From IMG/VR virus record IMGVR_UViG_3300049488_000031, positions 1-31,540 of that record: DNA of 31,540 nucleotides; one strand, given 5' to 3'. Below the pieces are notes generated by a model. The model was given only the letters and a program-made list of their open reading frames with translations. It had not been told where the DNA came from and ran no database searches. Position numbers and translations under genes: made by a program. Origin of the DNA: a virus (lineage: Duplodnaviria; Caudoviricetes). Positions 7,846 through 16,817 of this stretch are shown piece after piece (position 1 is the stretch's first letter; each line of letters begins with the position of its first letter).

Positions 7846-8773
7846 TCTGCTCCCCAGCATCCTGCACTCTCCAGAAGGACTTGACTCGGCGGCTCCCGAA
7901 GCTGCCTCCGCTTCCGTTGAGCCTGCCGCCATGCCGGCTTCGACGGATACCTCGAGTGCTCCGTTCTCCTCCGATTTCACCGGCTTGTCCGGTGATGATT
8001 ACGAAGTAGACGTGGACTCGGTAGTAGCTGCTCCGCCAACAGCCCCCGCTCCTACGGTAGCAGCTACCCCAGCATTGGTGCAAGGCCAGCCCATTGCTCC
8101 GCCGCTTCCTACGGTGCCCGCTCCAGTTGCTCCAGCCGCTGTTGCTCCTGCACCAGTACAAGCGGTGGAGCCTGGACTGCAAAATGCACCCGTCCAGCCT
8201 CAGTCGCAGCCTGAAGGTCTGGATGGTATGCTCGATGTCATCAGCAAGAATGAGAAAGACCTCGTGGCAGCTCTTGCTGTCTCGCAGTTCTCTCTTTCTC
8301 CTGAAGACCTTGCGACGTTGGAAGTTGATGCGGCCTCGATGATCCCGCAGCTTCTGGCTCGTGGTTACGTTAAGACTACCCAGGGGATTATGAATCTTAT
8401 GCGGACGGAAATCCCGCGCATGCTTCGTAATGAAATGCAGACTCTTACGCGGCAGCAGGATACGGAACGGGCGTTCTTCACGCAGTTCCCGGGCCTGTCC
8501 CGCGACAAGCACGGCGACCAGATTAGGCTTATGGCGGACGCTTTGCACCGTCAGAATCCGAAGATTACGGTCGCTGAATTGCTGGAAAAGACAGGCCGTG
8601 CAGTAGCAGCGATTAATGGTATTACTCTGGGAGCGCCGGCGCAAGCCGCTCGCCCTCAGCAGCCGGCTCCGTTTGCTCCTGCGGTTGGCACTGCGAGAAT
8701 GGTTTCAACACAACAGATTCCTGACGGCAATGACTTCGGTTACGGTCTTGCTCAGGAATACGATGACAATTAG
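7838..8773 (+). CDS. Capsid scaffolding protein (about 311 aa)
   Basis: P/A-rich disordered acidic N-half and helical C-half, immediately upstream of the MCP. AAGGA at 7825-7829 favours ATG 7838 over 7832. Confidence 0.75.
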   Translation: MNSLLPSILHSPEGLDSAAPEAASASVEPAAMPASTDTSSAPFSSDFTGLSGDDYEVDVDSVVAAPPTAPAPTVAATPALVQGQPIAPPLPTVPAPVAPAAVAPAPVQAVEPGLQNAPVQPQSQPEGLDGMLDVISKNEKDLVAALAVSQFSLSPEDLATLEVDAASMIPQLLARGYVKTTQGIMNLMRTEIPRMLRNEMQTLTRQQDTERAFFTQFPGLSRDKHGDQIRLMADALHRQNPKITVAELLEKTGRAVAAINGITLGAPAQAARPQQPAPFAPAVGTARMVSTQQIPDGNDFGYGLAQEYDDN

Positions 8774-8791
8774 CAAGAAGGAATTACGACT

Positions 8792-10027
8792 ATGGCTGCG
8801 GTAGGTGGACTGCGTGGTACTGGAGATTGGGGCACCGATGAACGCCCGAAAGATTTCCGCGAGTCGATTATGCGGATTAGGCCGAACGGCACCTCGCCGA
8901 TCTTCGGACTGACCTCGAAGGCGAAGAAGACGGTGAAGACCGATCCGGAGTTCGCTTGGTGGGCTGAGGGGGAAACGCTCGTTCGCTTGCAGGTGAATGG
9001 GGCGTTAGCTTCTACAGATACTACGGTGGTGGTGGACTCTGTTGATCCTACGGTTACCACCTTGGGCGCCAACTACGGTCTGGCGACGCACTTGAAGCAA
9101 GGCGACCTGCTCTTGGTCGAGCCGGCGGCAGACAACGCAACCTACGATCATGAAATTATCATGGTGCAGGAGGTGATGTCGGCGACGGCGTTCACGGTGT
9201 CTCGTGGTGCGGGCGGAACGACGGCAGCAACTATTGCCAACGACCTTTATCTCACTCTCATCGGTTCGGCCTATGCAGAAGGCACCGGCATCCCGAAGGC
9301 AGTCTCTCGCAATCCGATCAAGTTCTACAACTACACGCAGATCTTCAAGGACGTGTACGAGTTGACTAAGACGGCCGACGTGACGAAGACCCGTACTGGT
9401 GACACTTGGAGCAATGACAAGAAGCGTAAGGCTTTCGATCATGCCCGCAGCATTGAGCATGCAATCCTGTTCGGAACGAGATCGGAGACGACCGGCTCGA
9501 ATGGTAAGCCGCTGCGGACGATGGGTGGTCTGAGGACGTTCATTCCGGCCTCCAATACTACGGTGTTTGGGGCGGCGGTGACGATCAACTCGCTCATCAC
9601 GGCGCTTTCTCCCTGCTTCGATTACTCCACGGATGCCGGCGATACCCGCCTGGCCTTCGGCGGGAACTACGCGCTGATGGAGATCAACAAGGTTGTCTCG
9701 GCGAACAGTTCGATCCACGTCAACTATGACAAGAAGATTACAATGTATGGTCTCGACTTTACCGAGATCGTGCTGCCGAGGGGCCGAGTTCTGTTCTACT
9801 CCCATCCGCTCCTGAACGTCAACTCGCTTTACAAGAAGTCGATGTTCGTCCTGGACTACTCGAATCTTTCCTACGTAACGCTCTCCGGCCGCGATACCAA
9901 GGCGACCGACGATGTGCAGACGAAGGACGAGGACGTTCGGCGCGGTTACTATCAGACTGAGTGCTCACTCTTGGTGGACTCCGGCGGTTTGTCGATGGCC
10001 TACCTCGGCAACATTTCGGCTACGTAA
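8792..10027 (+). CDS. Major capsid protein, SU10/DUF5309-type HK97 fold (411 aa)
   Basis: Motifs P.GTSPI, EFAWW.E, AEG, NYTQIF, IEHAILFG and RTMGGL; AAGGA RBS; position after the scaffold. Confidence 0.92.
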   Translation: MAAVGGLRGTGDWGTDERPKDFRESIMRIRPNGTSPIFGLTSKAKKTVKTDPEFAWWAEGETLVRLQVNGALASTDTTVVVDSVDPTVTTLGANYGLATHLKQGDLLLVEPAADNATYDHEIIMVQEVMSATAFTVSRGAGGTTAATIANDLYLTLIGSAYAEGTGIPKAVSRNPIKFYNYTQIFKDVYELTKTADVTKTRTGDTWSNDKKRKAFDHARSIEHAILFGTRSETTGSNGKPLRTMGGLRTFIPASNTTVFGAAVTINSLITALSPCFDYSTDAGDTRLAFGGNYALMEINKVVSANSSIHVNYDKKITMYGLDFTEIVLPRGRVLFYSHPLLNVNSLYKKSMFVLDYSNLSYVTLSGRDTKATDDVQTKDEDVRRGYYQTECSLLVDSGGLSMAYLGNISAT

Positions 10028-10040
10028 GGAGATCACGACT

Positions 10041-10385
10041 ATGGGACGTTCCAATATTGAAGGTGCGCAGATTTACGACAGTATTCTGCGGGCTGGCGTC
10101 AAGTTCATGACGACGGTAAAGACTCTGACCGGCACGCTTACGATGCAGGCGAACGGTGAGCAGAAGGTCCAGTTCCTCGATCCGGGCGGGGCCTCACGTA
10201 CTGTCTTGCTCCCGGCTGAAAGTAATGGCGACTTCATGATCGTCATCAACACGGCCGATGCGGCGGAGAACTTGACGTTCAAAGAGGACTCCAATACCAC
10301 AACCATTCTTGTTACGGGCCAGAATGAGATCGGTTTCTTGTTCTGCAATGGGACGACGTGGTTTGGTGTTACCGGGGTAGCTTAG
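10041..10385 (+). CDS. Putative capsid decoration/head fibre protein (114 aa)
   Basis: AAGGAG at 10026-10031, ATG 10041. Its TVLLPA...G.F.IVIN...LT...C.G.TW module also appears in the tail fibres. Directly follows the MCP. Confidence 0.65.
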   Translation: MGRSNIEGAQIYDSILRAGVKFMTTVKTLTGTLTMQANGEQKVQFLDPGGASRTVLLPAESNGDFMIVINTADAAENLTFKEDSNTTTILVTGQNEIGFLFCNGTTWFGVTGVA

Positions 10386-10412
10386 GCCTTGTAGCTTCGG
10401 AGGTTTAGGCAA

Positions 10413-10450
10413 GGGGAGGTTGGTTTGCTGGCTGACCTCCCCATTACTCT
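10413..10450 (+). terminator. Hairpin after the capsid genes (leaky terminator or mRNA stabiliser)
   Basis: GGGGAGGT(TGGTT)-TGCT-(GGCTG)ACCTCCCC: 8 Watson-Crick pairs plus a wobble-rich extension. Only a weak U-tail (ATTACTCT). Position analogous to T7 Tphi. Confidence 0.65.
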
Positions 10451-10462
10451 AAGGAGAAACCG

Positions 10463-11098
10463 GTGCTACGTGATGATGCAGTGACGTTGATTGCTGAGGG
10501 GCTTGGGTTCCGCACGGACTTGAGCGCCAAAATTATTCGTACTATGCAGCAGGCGCAACGGGAATTGGAGGGCGGTCAGACCCTTCCATGGTTTATTGTT
10601 AACGAAGACGATTCCGTCCAGCTTATCCGCGATCAGGCCGAGTATGCGCTGACCGATGCATTTATCCGAGAGGCCGATGACCTGGGCTTCTACAGTACAG
10701 CTCGAAGTCGACAAGGTGACGAATTCCATGTTCGCAAGATGCAGTACGATAAGGCGATTGCGGCCTACGGGTTCACGGCGACGGGATATCCCGAGGTCTA
10801 CGCCCTCCGGGCCGGCACAATTAGGGTGTTCCCAATCCCGGATGACGATTACCTCTATCGCTGGCATTTCTACCAACGGCAGACGGTTCTAGACTCCAAT
10901 ATTGAAAATGCTTGGCTGAAGAACGTCCCGGATCTTCTGGTAGGGATGGCCGGCGAAGCTATGGCGGCGAAGCTGCGAGATAAGGATTCCTTGGCTTACT
11001 TTACTCCTTTGCGAGTAAGGTGGGAAGTTTGGTTGAAGAAAGAGATTGAACTCCGGCTTATGGCAAACGAGTTGGTAGTTATGGGGAGTGACTCCTGA
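10463..11098 (+). CDS. Tail adaptor / tail tubular protein A (211 aa)
   Basis: GTG with AAGGAG RBS at 10451. Motifs G.PEVY...IRVFPIPD..Y and N.WL...PDLL typical of podovirus adaptors. First gene after the capsid block. Confidence 0.82.
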   Translation: MLRDDAVTLIAEGLGFRTDLSAKIIRTMQQAQRELEGGQTLPWFIVNEDDSVQLIRDQAEYALTDAFIREADDLGFYSTARSRQGDEFHVRKMQYDKAIAAYGFTATGYPEVYALRAGTIRVFPIPDDDYLYRWHFYQRQTVLDSNIENAWLKNVPDLLVGMAGEAMAAKLRDKDSLAYFTPLRVRWEVWLKKEIELRLMANELVVMGSDS

Positions 11099-12573
11099 TG
11101 GGTGTTGAGGCCGCGACATTTGTCAATGATTTGGACGAGACGCTTCCGGAGGGGACCAATCCGGTTGGGGAAGGCGATAATCACTTACGTCTTCTGAAGG
11201 AAGTTCTACAAAATACCTTCCCAACCAGTGATCGGCCGTTCTATTTCCCCGACAGCATGGACGTTGCAGGTAACGTTACGTTGTCTAGTGCACAGGTGAA
11301 CACGGTTATCCGTGTCGATGCGACGGCCGCTATTCGAGTTGTAACCTTACCGCCTAAGTCGCAGCTGACAGAGGGTGATCGTTTCTTTGTCACCAAGACC
11401 GATAACAGTAAGAACCATGTGGTTGTTTCTGCCGACCAAGGAACCATCGAGGGTCAGCCCTCAATTTACTTAAGTCTTCAGTTCCAATTGATTGAATTCG
11501 TTTGGTCAGGAACGCTTTGGGTTACAGACGTTCGCAAGGTTACTCAATGGGTTGCCCAGCGAACGTTGGCGGCGGGTTCAACCCTGACGGTTGCTGCCTT
11601 TGGTCGTTTGCATTACTTGGGAAACGCGGCGACAGCTTTCACAACAGTGCTCCCAACTGCTATCGGTTATGAGGGGGCGGTTCTAGGGTTTCGCCATATT
11701 GGGACCACAGGAACCTTACTTACTCTTGATGGGGCAGGAGCACAAACGATCGAGGGTGAAGTTACTTTCGATTTGACGACGGAAGGGGAAATCCTCTGGC
11801 TTGTTTCCGATGGGGCGGGTTGGAAGATATTCAACTCTAGCGTTGCGGCGTTCTCGCCGGGACAGGAGAACATCTGGACGGAAGTGCAGATTTTCCTCGG
11901 GGTCTCGTTGCAGCTTGACGAGCAGACGTTAGTTGTTACGGCGGGGACGGCAGCTTGGGACCTTGAACTGGGGAATAGCGCCAAAGTTGGTATTGCGGTC
12001 GATACGACCTTTGCGGCGGCTACGAATAAGCGAATTGGCCAATTTGGCTTCTTGCGGCTCATTGGGACGGCGGATGATTGTGACCTCGTCTGGAATGCGG
12101 AATATGTTTGGCTTACGGCACCGATAGTTTCGAGCGATGAGGAAGATATCACCTTATTAGGTTATTATGTAGCCGCAGCGAATATTATTTACGTCTGGAA
12201 TGTAGCAGGAGGGAGTGAGACCTCTGGAGGCTCTTATACCGATTACGACTTGGGTGTTCCTGCAATCAGTACTGTTTACACCCAAGCGCATGGACTTTCT
12301 GCTGTTCCTTCCTCAGTACAAGCGTTCTTGAAATCTATTATTGCAGAAGGCTCGGTACTAGTTGGGGATTACATTAATGCCTCAGATATCTTTTGGTCCA
12401 CCGATGGGGGCAATGTTGCCAGTCCTCTTACCAGTGTACGGTTTAATGCTACTAATGTAATAACTGGAATGCCTGCTGCAAGTGAGTTTGAAAATGCTTT
12501 CATTAACAATGGAACGACACAGCAAGCTATTACATTCTCTAATTACCACCTTGTCCTCCGTGTCTTTAGCTAA
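11098..12573 (+). CDS. Tail fibre protein 1 (491 aa)
   Basis: N-terminal anchor E.ATFV.DL....P...EGDNHLRLLK.VLQNTFP, two tandem TLP...G...TIEG...W modules and a C-terminal AHGL..VP module. TGATG coupling. Confidence 0.8.
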   Translation: MGVEAATFVNDLDETLPEGTNPVGEGDNHLRLLKEVLQNTFPTSDRPFYFPDSMDVAGNVTLSSAQVNTVIRVDATAAIRVVTLPPKSQLTEGDRFFVTKTDNSKNHVVVSADQGTIEGQPSIYLSLQFQLIEFVWSGTLWVTDVRKVTQWVAQRTLAAGSTLTVAAFGRLHYLGNAATAFTTVLPTAIGYEGAVLGFRHIGTTGTLLTLDGAGAQTIEGEVTFDLTTEGEILWLVSDGAGWKIFNSSVAAFSPGQENIWTEVQIFLGVSLQLDEQTLVVTAGTAAWDLELGNSAKVGIAVDTTFAAATNKRIGQFGFLRLIGTADDCDLVWNAEYVWLTAPIVSSDEEDITLLGYYVAAANIIYVWNVAGGSETSGGSYTDYDLGVPAISTVYTQAHGLSAVPSSVQAFLKSIIAEGSVLVGDYINASDIFWSTDGGNVASPLTSVRFNATNVITGMPAASEFENAFINNGTTQQAITFSNYHLVLRVFS

Positions 12574-12584
12574 GGAGTCTTGAC

Positions 12585-13526
12585 TTGGAACGCTATCCTG
12601 GGTTAGAAACGACCTCGATTATTGATAAGCTAATCACGCGGATAACTATTCTGGAGACAACTATCCTTGCTAGTCAGATAATTAGCGCCGATGTGATGTT
12701 GTTGGTTTCGGGAACACCAACAGAGTCGCAGACGTTTGTAGGAGCAATTACGAGGGCACTCACCTGGCCGGCTGATGGGGAAGGCTCCGAGGCATTGGCT
12801 CTTGTAGTTCCAGATGCCGATGTGGAAATTATTCTCCGCCAGAACGGTGTGCAATTTGGGACGGTTACGTTTGAGGGAGGCGAAGCAGTTGGGATCTTCG
12901 ATGGGACGGAGACAACTTTTGCCCCAGGCGACTCGGTTGAGTTTGTGTTCCCTGAGACCGCCGATGCGACGTTTGCAAATATAGGTATCTCGCTCCTTAT
13001 GCTCCGGGGTGATGATCCAGTGGAAGATAACACGGGGCTGGTTCTTTCGGTTTTCTCTCGCACAGGGACGGTTGTTGGTCAGCTTGGGGATTACACTACC
13101 GACCTGATCTCTGATGCCTCGGTGTTGCCTGGAACAACTCTTACCGACGTGTTGAACCTAATGGCGACGGAACAGGTTAATGGGGAGATTATAGCCTTCG
13201 GAACAACCCTCGCCACAGGAACTAATAAGTATCTCTGGGTTGCCCCTTACAATTGCACTCTTTTGAATGTGCAGGTTGACTTAGGAACGGCACAAACTTC
13301 GGGCTCGTTGATCACCGTAGATGTGAATAAGGCGGGGTCGACTATAATGACTACGCGGGTGACCGTGGATAATGGGGAAAATACTTCACGAACAGCTGCA
13401 ACTCCAGCGGCTATTGCAAGTGCTACCATTGCCCTTGGGGATCGGATTACTTTCGATCTCGACACTGTAGGTGATGGCACAGCTCAGGGTCTTTTCTTCT
13501 CGCTCAGGTTGAGGAAACGTGCGTAA
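12585..13526 (+). CDS. Tail fibre-associated protein / RBP 2 (313 aa, two related beta-sandwich domains)
   Basis: TTG start 7 nt after AAGGAG. The fibre motif VLSVFSRTGTV....GDY lies between two domains that each end in GD.(V/I).F. Confidence 0.7.
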   Translation: MERYPGLETTSIIDKLITRITILETTILASQIISADVMLLVSGTPTESQTFVGAITRALTWPADGEGSEALALVVPDADVEIILRQNGVQFGTVTFEGGEAVGIFDGTETTFAPGDSVEFVFPETADATFANIGISLLMLRGDDPVEDNTGLVLSVFSRTGTVVGQLGDYTTDLISDASVLPGTTLTDVLNLMATEQVNGEIIAFGTTLATGTNKYLWVAPYNCTLLNVQVDLGTAQTSGSLITVDVNKAGSTIMTTRVTVDNGENTSRTAATPAAIASATIALGDRITFDLDTVGDGTAQGLFFSLRLRKRA

Positions 13527-13813
13527 TGGTTTCAGAGCCACCAATCTCAGCAAAGACGCAAATGGCTTTACTCCAGCAAGAAGTGCGTAGTACGACTATC
13601 GCGATGGGAAAATTGGAGACAACATTAAGTAATCGGATGAATGCTCTAGACAGTGATTTCAAGTCCACGGTGAGGATGCTTGAGGAGCGATTGAATAAAA
13701 ACTATGTTACTAAATTAGAGTCTGCTCCTGTTCGTAACCTCGTCTATGGTGCAGCAGGGATTATTCTTGCAGCGGTGTTTTCTGCCCTAATCTATCTTGT
13801 GGTGCGGAAGTGA
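13526..13813 (+). CDS. Coiled-coil membrane protein with C-terminal TM helix (95 aa), holin-like
   Basis: Heptad N-region, hydrophobic LVYGAAGIILAAVFSALIYLVV and basic RK end. TAATG coupling. Confidence 0.6.
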   Translation: MVSEPPISAKTQMALLQQEVRSTTIAMGKLETTLSNRMNALDSDFKSTVRMLEERLNKNYVTKLESAPVRNLVYGAAGIILAAVFSALIYLVVRK

Positions 13814-14244
13814 GCGAAAAGAAAGTTGGAGGCTGGTGGCTGGAGAAGTTTGTGACCGTCGCGATAATTAGCGGGGTTGCTTTACTGCTCTTCTGGTGGC
13901 AAGAGGTTGCAGATGTAACTTATGCCGAGCGGAAGGTTCTTACTCCTCTAGTACGCCGTGGAGAGGATGTAGTTATTAGAATTGCGACGAATAAGCCTTC
14001 CAACTGCCCAGCCTCTGTTAGGCGTTCTATTGTGGATAGTGATGGGCGAGAGTTCTTTTTCGCGAGAGAGGAGCGGCCGTTGATGGCTGTTTATTTAGTC
14101 CGACTTCATGTTCCCGATGATGCGGCTCCGGGAAAGGCAACGTATCGCGCTGTTGTAGCCCGGCGCTGTAATCCGTTGCAGAGACTCTTCCCGGCCGAGA
14201 GTGAACAGCCTCCTCTGATGTTTATCGTGGTGGGAGGTTCGTAA
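13810..14244 (+). CDS. Membrane-anchored periplasmic protein (144 aa), possible lysis regulator
   Basis: N-terminal TM helix (FVTVAIISGVALLLFWW), Ig-like beta domain with two Cys, GTGA overlap. Confidence 0.55.
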   Translation: MSEKKVGGWWLEKFVTVAIISGVALLLFWWQEVADVTYAERKVLTPLVRRGEDVVIRIATNKPSNCPASVRRSIVDSDGREFFFAREERPLMAVYLVRLHVPDDAAPGKATYRAVVARRCNPLQRLFPAESEQPPLMFIVVGGS

Positions 14245-16283
14245 TGGCTTTTCCAGTGCTCGGTTTGTGTGAGGTTTTTGGTCTGGACACAGGGAACCCC
14301 GAAAGCTGTTATGCGACTCCGCAAGGAACAGGTTGGTCGGAAGATCGTTTTCCGCAGTCGTTGGTAAGTTGGAGTAGCGGGAAAGCTTATCGTATTTGTT
14401 TTGCGACGGAGTTTGATTTTACTTCTACACCGTTCACGCCTATCTTCGGTGTAGCTCGTTATGACTTAGCAACGAAGGCTTTCGAAACTTACATTGATTT
14501 GTTAGAAACAGGCTCGGGTGGTTGCAATCCGAATTGGGATGATCTGATTAGTTTTCAATACTTGCACGGGAGCTTTGAAGCTTTCGGCGCTGATATGTTC
14601 TTGATAATTAATGAGCAAGACACTAAAGATGGGGCTTCGACACGGACTTTCAATGCGATAGTCCTGAATGGTACGGATGGGACTGTTATTTGCGACCAGG
14701 AGCTGTCGACTTATGGAATTAACGCGGGAAATAGTTATAATAAATTCGATGATACGGGATTGCTTATTCCTGTCAATATGGACGGGGAGAATGGAGCAAC
14801 CGCTTGGTATTTAGTAGGGATTGATCGGCATACGACGCCCAGCGCTACCTTCAGTAGTGATGTTTATCTTTCTGTTTTGGAGGTAAATGCAGCCTCTACC
14901 TCCTCCGCAACATTTACGGAACAGGACCATGGAACGTTCATTACTACACTAACTGATGATTACAGCGAACGAGCTTTCACCTCAACGGCTCGTCTTCACA
15001 CTGATGGTTTTGATCTATGGTTCTACTGTTTTGCGACAACAGGATCTACACTTACGGACGAGAACCGTGTATCTCACATTCGATTTGTTTATCCTTACGA
15101 AACACCGACAATTAATGACAACGTGTTGTCCTACGCTCTCGATAATATAACGGAGTCACAATTTTATAGTCTGCATTATCAGTACTCAGTGGAACAAGAT
15201 AAGCATTATTTAATCCATGCCTGTTTGGTAGACGAGATATCTACTTTTACTCGCTTTCGGGGTTGGTCTTTCGACGGAACTTTTGATGGTCCTTTCACTC
15301 TTGAGTGGACAGTTGACCATACGGATTTCAATGGAGCAGGTAATATTGCCACTCCCCACATGATGTCTTTTTACACTAACCATACCTATGGCTGGACAAT
15401 AACACCGAATACCCACGAGAATTTGCCCGAGAGTGTTTTGATACAGGACTTCTGGGAAGACTCCTTATTTGAACAACATCGGGTTAGTTTGCTTAATCTT
15501 GTGGATGGAAGCTTGGTCATTGGTTCACCGGAGAGTTTTTTAGTGTTCGATGGTGAGCTTACTCGTTTCAACGAAGATCAAATTGTTGGAACTTTTGGAG
15601 TTACCTGGCAGCAAAGCACTAAAGCTGAGGCTGCTAATGACCAGGCCCGTGTTGGTTATGCTTTCTACAACAATTCTGATGAGATTCTAGACCCCATCAC
15701 TTGGGCCGATTTAGTCGCTACTACTTCAGGAGTGTGGACCACTCGAACGCTCGAAGAAGTTACGGTCCCCGATGATTGTTTCTACATCCGACTTTACTTA
15801 GAAATGGCGAAGCTTACTGGGCCGGATAATGATGGCTATCTCGACGCTATTGTCGCGCATAATAATGAGCGCGAGATTAAAATTTATAGTAACTTTGCAG
15901 GAAGTGGGGCTTTTGTCGAGGATTGGGAAATTGTAAGCGGAACGTTAGCATTCCATGGAGAACCTCCAACAGCTTACGCTGACGGCCAATATTATTATGG
16001 AAGCACTGACAACTCGACGGTCGTTTTCCAAGACTTGTTTGCGACCAATTGGGATCCTGGTCCCTCGCGGTTTGTTGGTGGGGTAGCTGTTTTTAGTGCC
16101 GTGCAAGGCCTTCTGGTGGATATTTACACGCGATCATCTTCGAATGATCCAGCTAATGACCCCGAGTTAGAGCCAGATCCGGATAATTGGTACAAAGCTT
16201 TAGCTACTTCTGAACTTTTCCTCCGGCGTTCTGATGCGCCTGTCGTGACGGTGGATGCCGTAGCCCACATCCACATGCTTTAA
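14244..16283 (+). CDS. Acidic beta-propeller-like protein with carbohydrate-binding-like insert (679 aa), putative RBP
   Basis: Long ORF with repeated short beta strands, very D/E/T/aromatic-rich, low GC. Jelly-roll motifs W..R...VP...YIRL...NDGYLD. Confidence 0.6.
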   Translation: MAFPVLGLCEVFGLDTGNPESCYATPQGTGWSEDRFPQSLVSWSSGKAYRICFATEFDFTSTPFTPIFGVARYDLATKAFETYIDLLETGSGGCNPNWDDLISFQYLHGSFEAFGADMFLIINEQDTKDGASTRTFNAIVLNGTDGTVICDQELSTYGINAGNSYNKFDDTGLLIPVNMDGENGATAWYLVGIDRHTTPSATFSSDVYLSVLEVNAASTSSATFTEQDHGTFITTLTDDYSERAFTSTARLHTDGFDLWFYCFATTGSTLTDENRVSHIRFVYPYETPTINDNVLSYALDNITESQFYSLHYQYSVEQDKHYLIHACLVDEISTFTRFRGWSFDGTFDGPFTLEWTVDHTDFNGAGNIATPHMMSFYTNHTYGWTITPNTHENLPESVLIQDFWEDSLFEQHRVSLLNLVDGSLVIGSPESFLVFDGELTRFNEDQIVGTFGVTWQQSTKAEAANDQARVGYAFYNNSDEILDPITWADLVATTSGVWTTRTLEEVTVPDDCFYIRLYLEMAKLTGPDNDGYLDAIVAHNNEREIKIYSNFAGSGAFVEDWEIVSGTLAFHGEPPTAYADGQYYYGSTDNSTVVFQDLFATNWDPGPSRFVGGVAVFSAVQGLLVDIYTRSSSNDPANDPELEPDPDNWYKALATSELFLRRSDAPVVTVDAVAHIHML

Positions 16284-16299
16284 CCTCAAGGAGTCTACA

Positions 16300-16590
16300 A
16301 TGGATAGCAGTAAAATCCAAAGCGTGCTTACGATGTTGATGACTGCAATTGGGTCGATCACGTACTTGCTGGTCTCGTATGCCGGGTGTAAAGAGATAGC
16401 TGGGGCGATCGATTGCACGGCCAGCACAGTGCCGACTTGGTTAGTTCCTTACCTTGTTGTCATCGGAACTCTGGTAGGTGGGGCTAAGGTTGTCCTTTCA
16501 CTCTTTACTGGGAAGTTCTGGGCACCGACAGTCCCTGTTTCAACGACCGGGAAGCCCGGCACTGTTACGGCGGATCAGATTAGAAAATGA
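16300..16590 (+). CDS. Two-TM membrane protein, putative holin (96 aa)
   Basis: AAGGAG RBS at 16288. Two hydrophobic helices joined by a Cys-x8-Cys loop. Confidence 0.6.
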   Translation: MDSSKIQSVLTMLMTAIGSITYLLVSYAGCKEIAGAIDCTASTVPTWLVPYLVVIGTLVGGAKVVLSLFTGKFWAPTVPVSTTGKPGTVTADQIRK

Positions 16591-16817
16591 CTCCCTGGCT
16601 TGTTATAGGACTTCCCTTGTTGGTGGTGGCGTGTCTTGCTATTTGGCACGCTGTCCACTCGCCAAGCTTCTGGCTCATGGCAGCTAAGGTTGTCCTTGAC
16701 CCGATCATCCAGGCGGCCTTGCGTAGTAGCGAGGAGACTTGGGAAGACAATAAACGAAGGACTCGATTAGGCCTGCCTCCACGTTCTTTCAACCGTCGTC
16801 ATGAGGATGAGCACTAA
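16587..16817 (+). CDS. Small membrane protein (76 aa), lysis-cassette type
   Basis: ATGA overlap, N-terminal TM helix, PSFW motif, charged C-terminal tail. Confidence 0.6.
   Translation: MTPWLVIGLPLLVVACLAIWHAVHSPSFWLMAAKVVLDPIIQAALRSSEETWEDNKRRTRLGLPPRSFNRRHEDEH

Noticed and set aside
9912-10385. Possible T7 10A/10B-style frameshift fusing the MCP to the downstream protein
   Set aside because: The frame is +1 relative to the MCP, no slippery heptamer is visible, and the gene has its own AAGGAG plus ATG at 10041.
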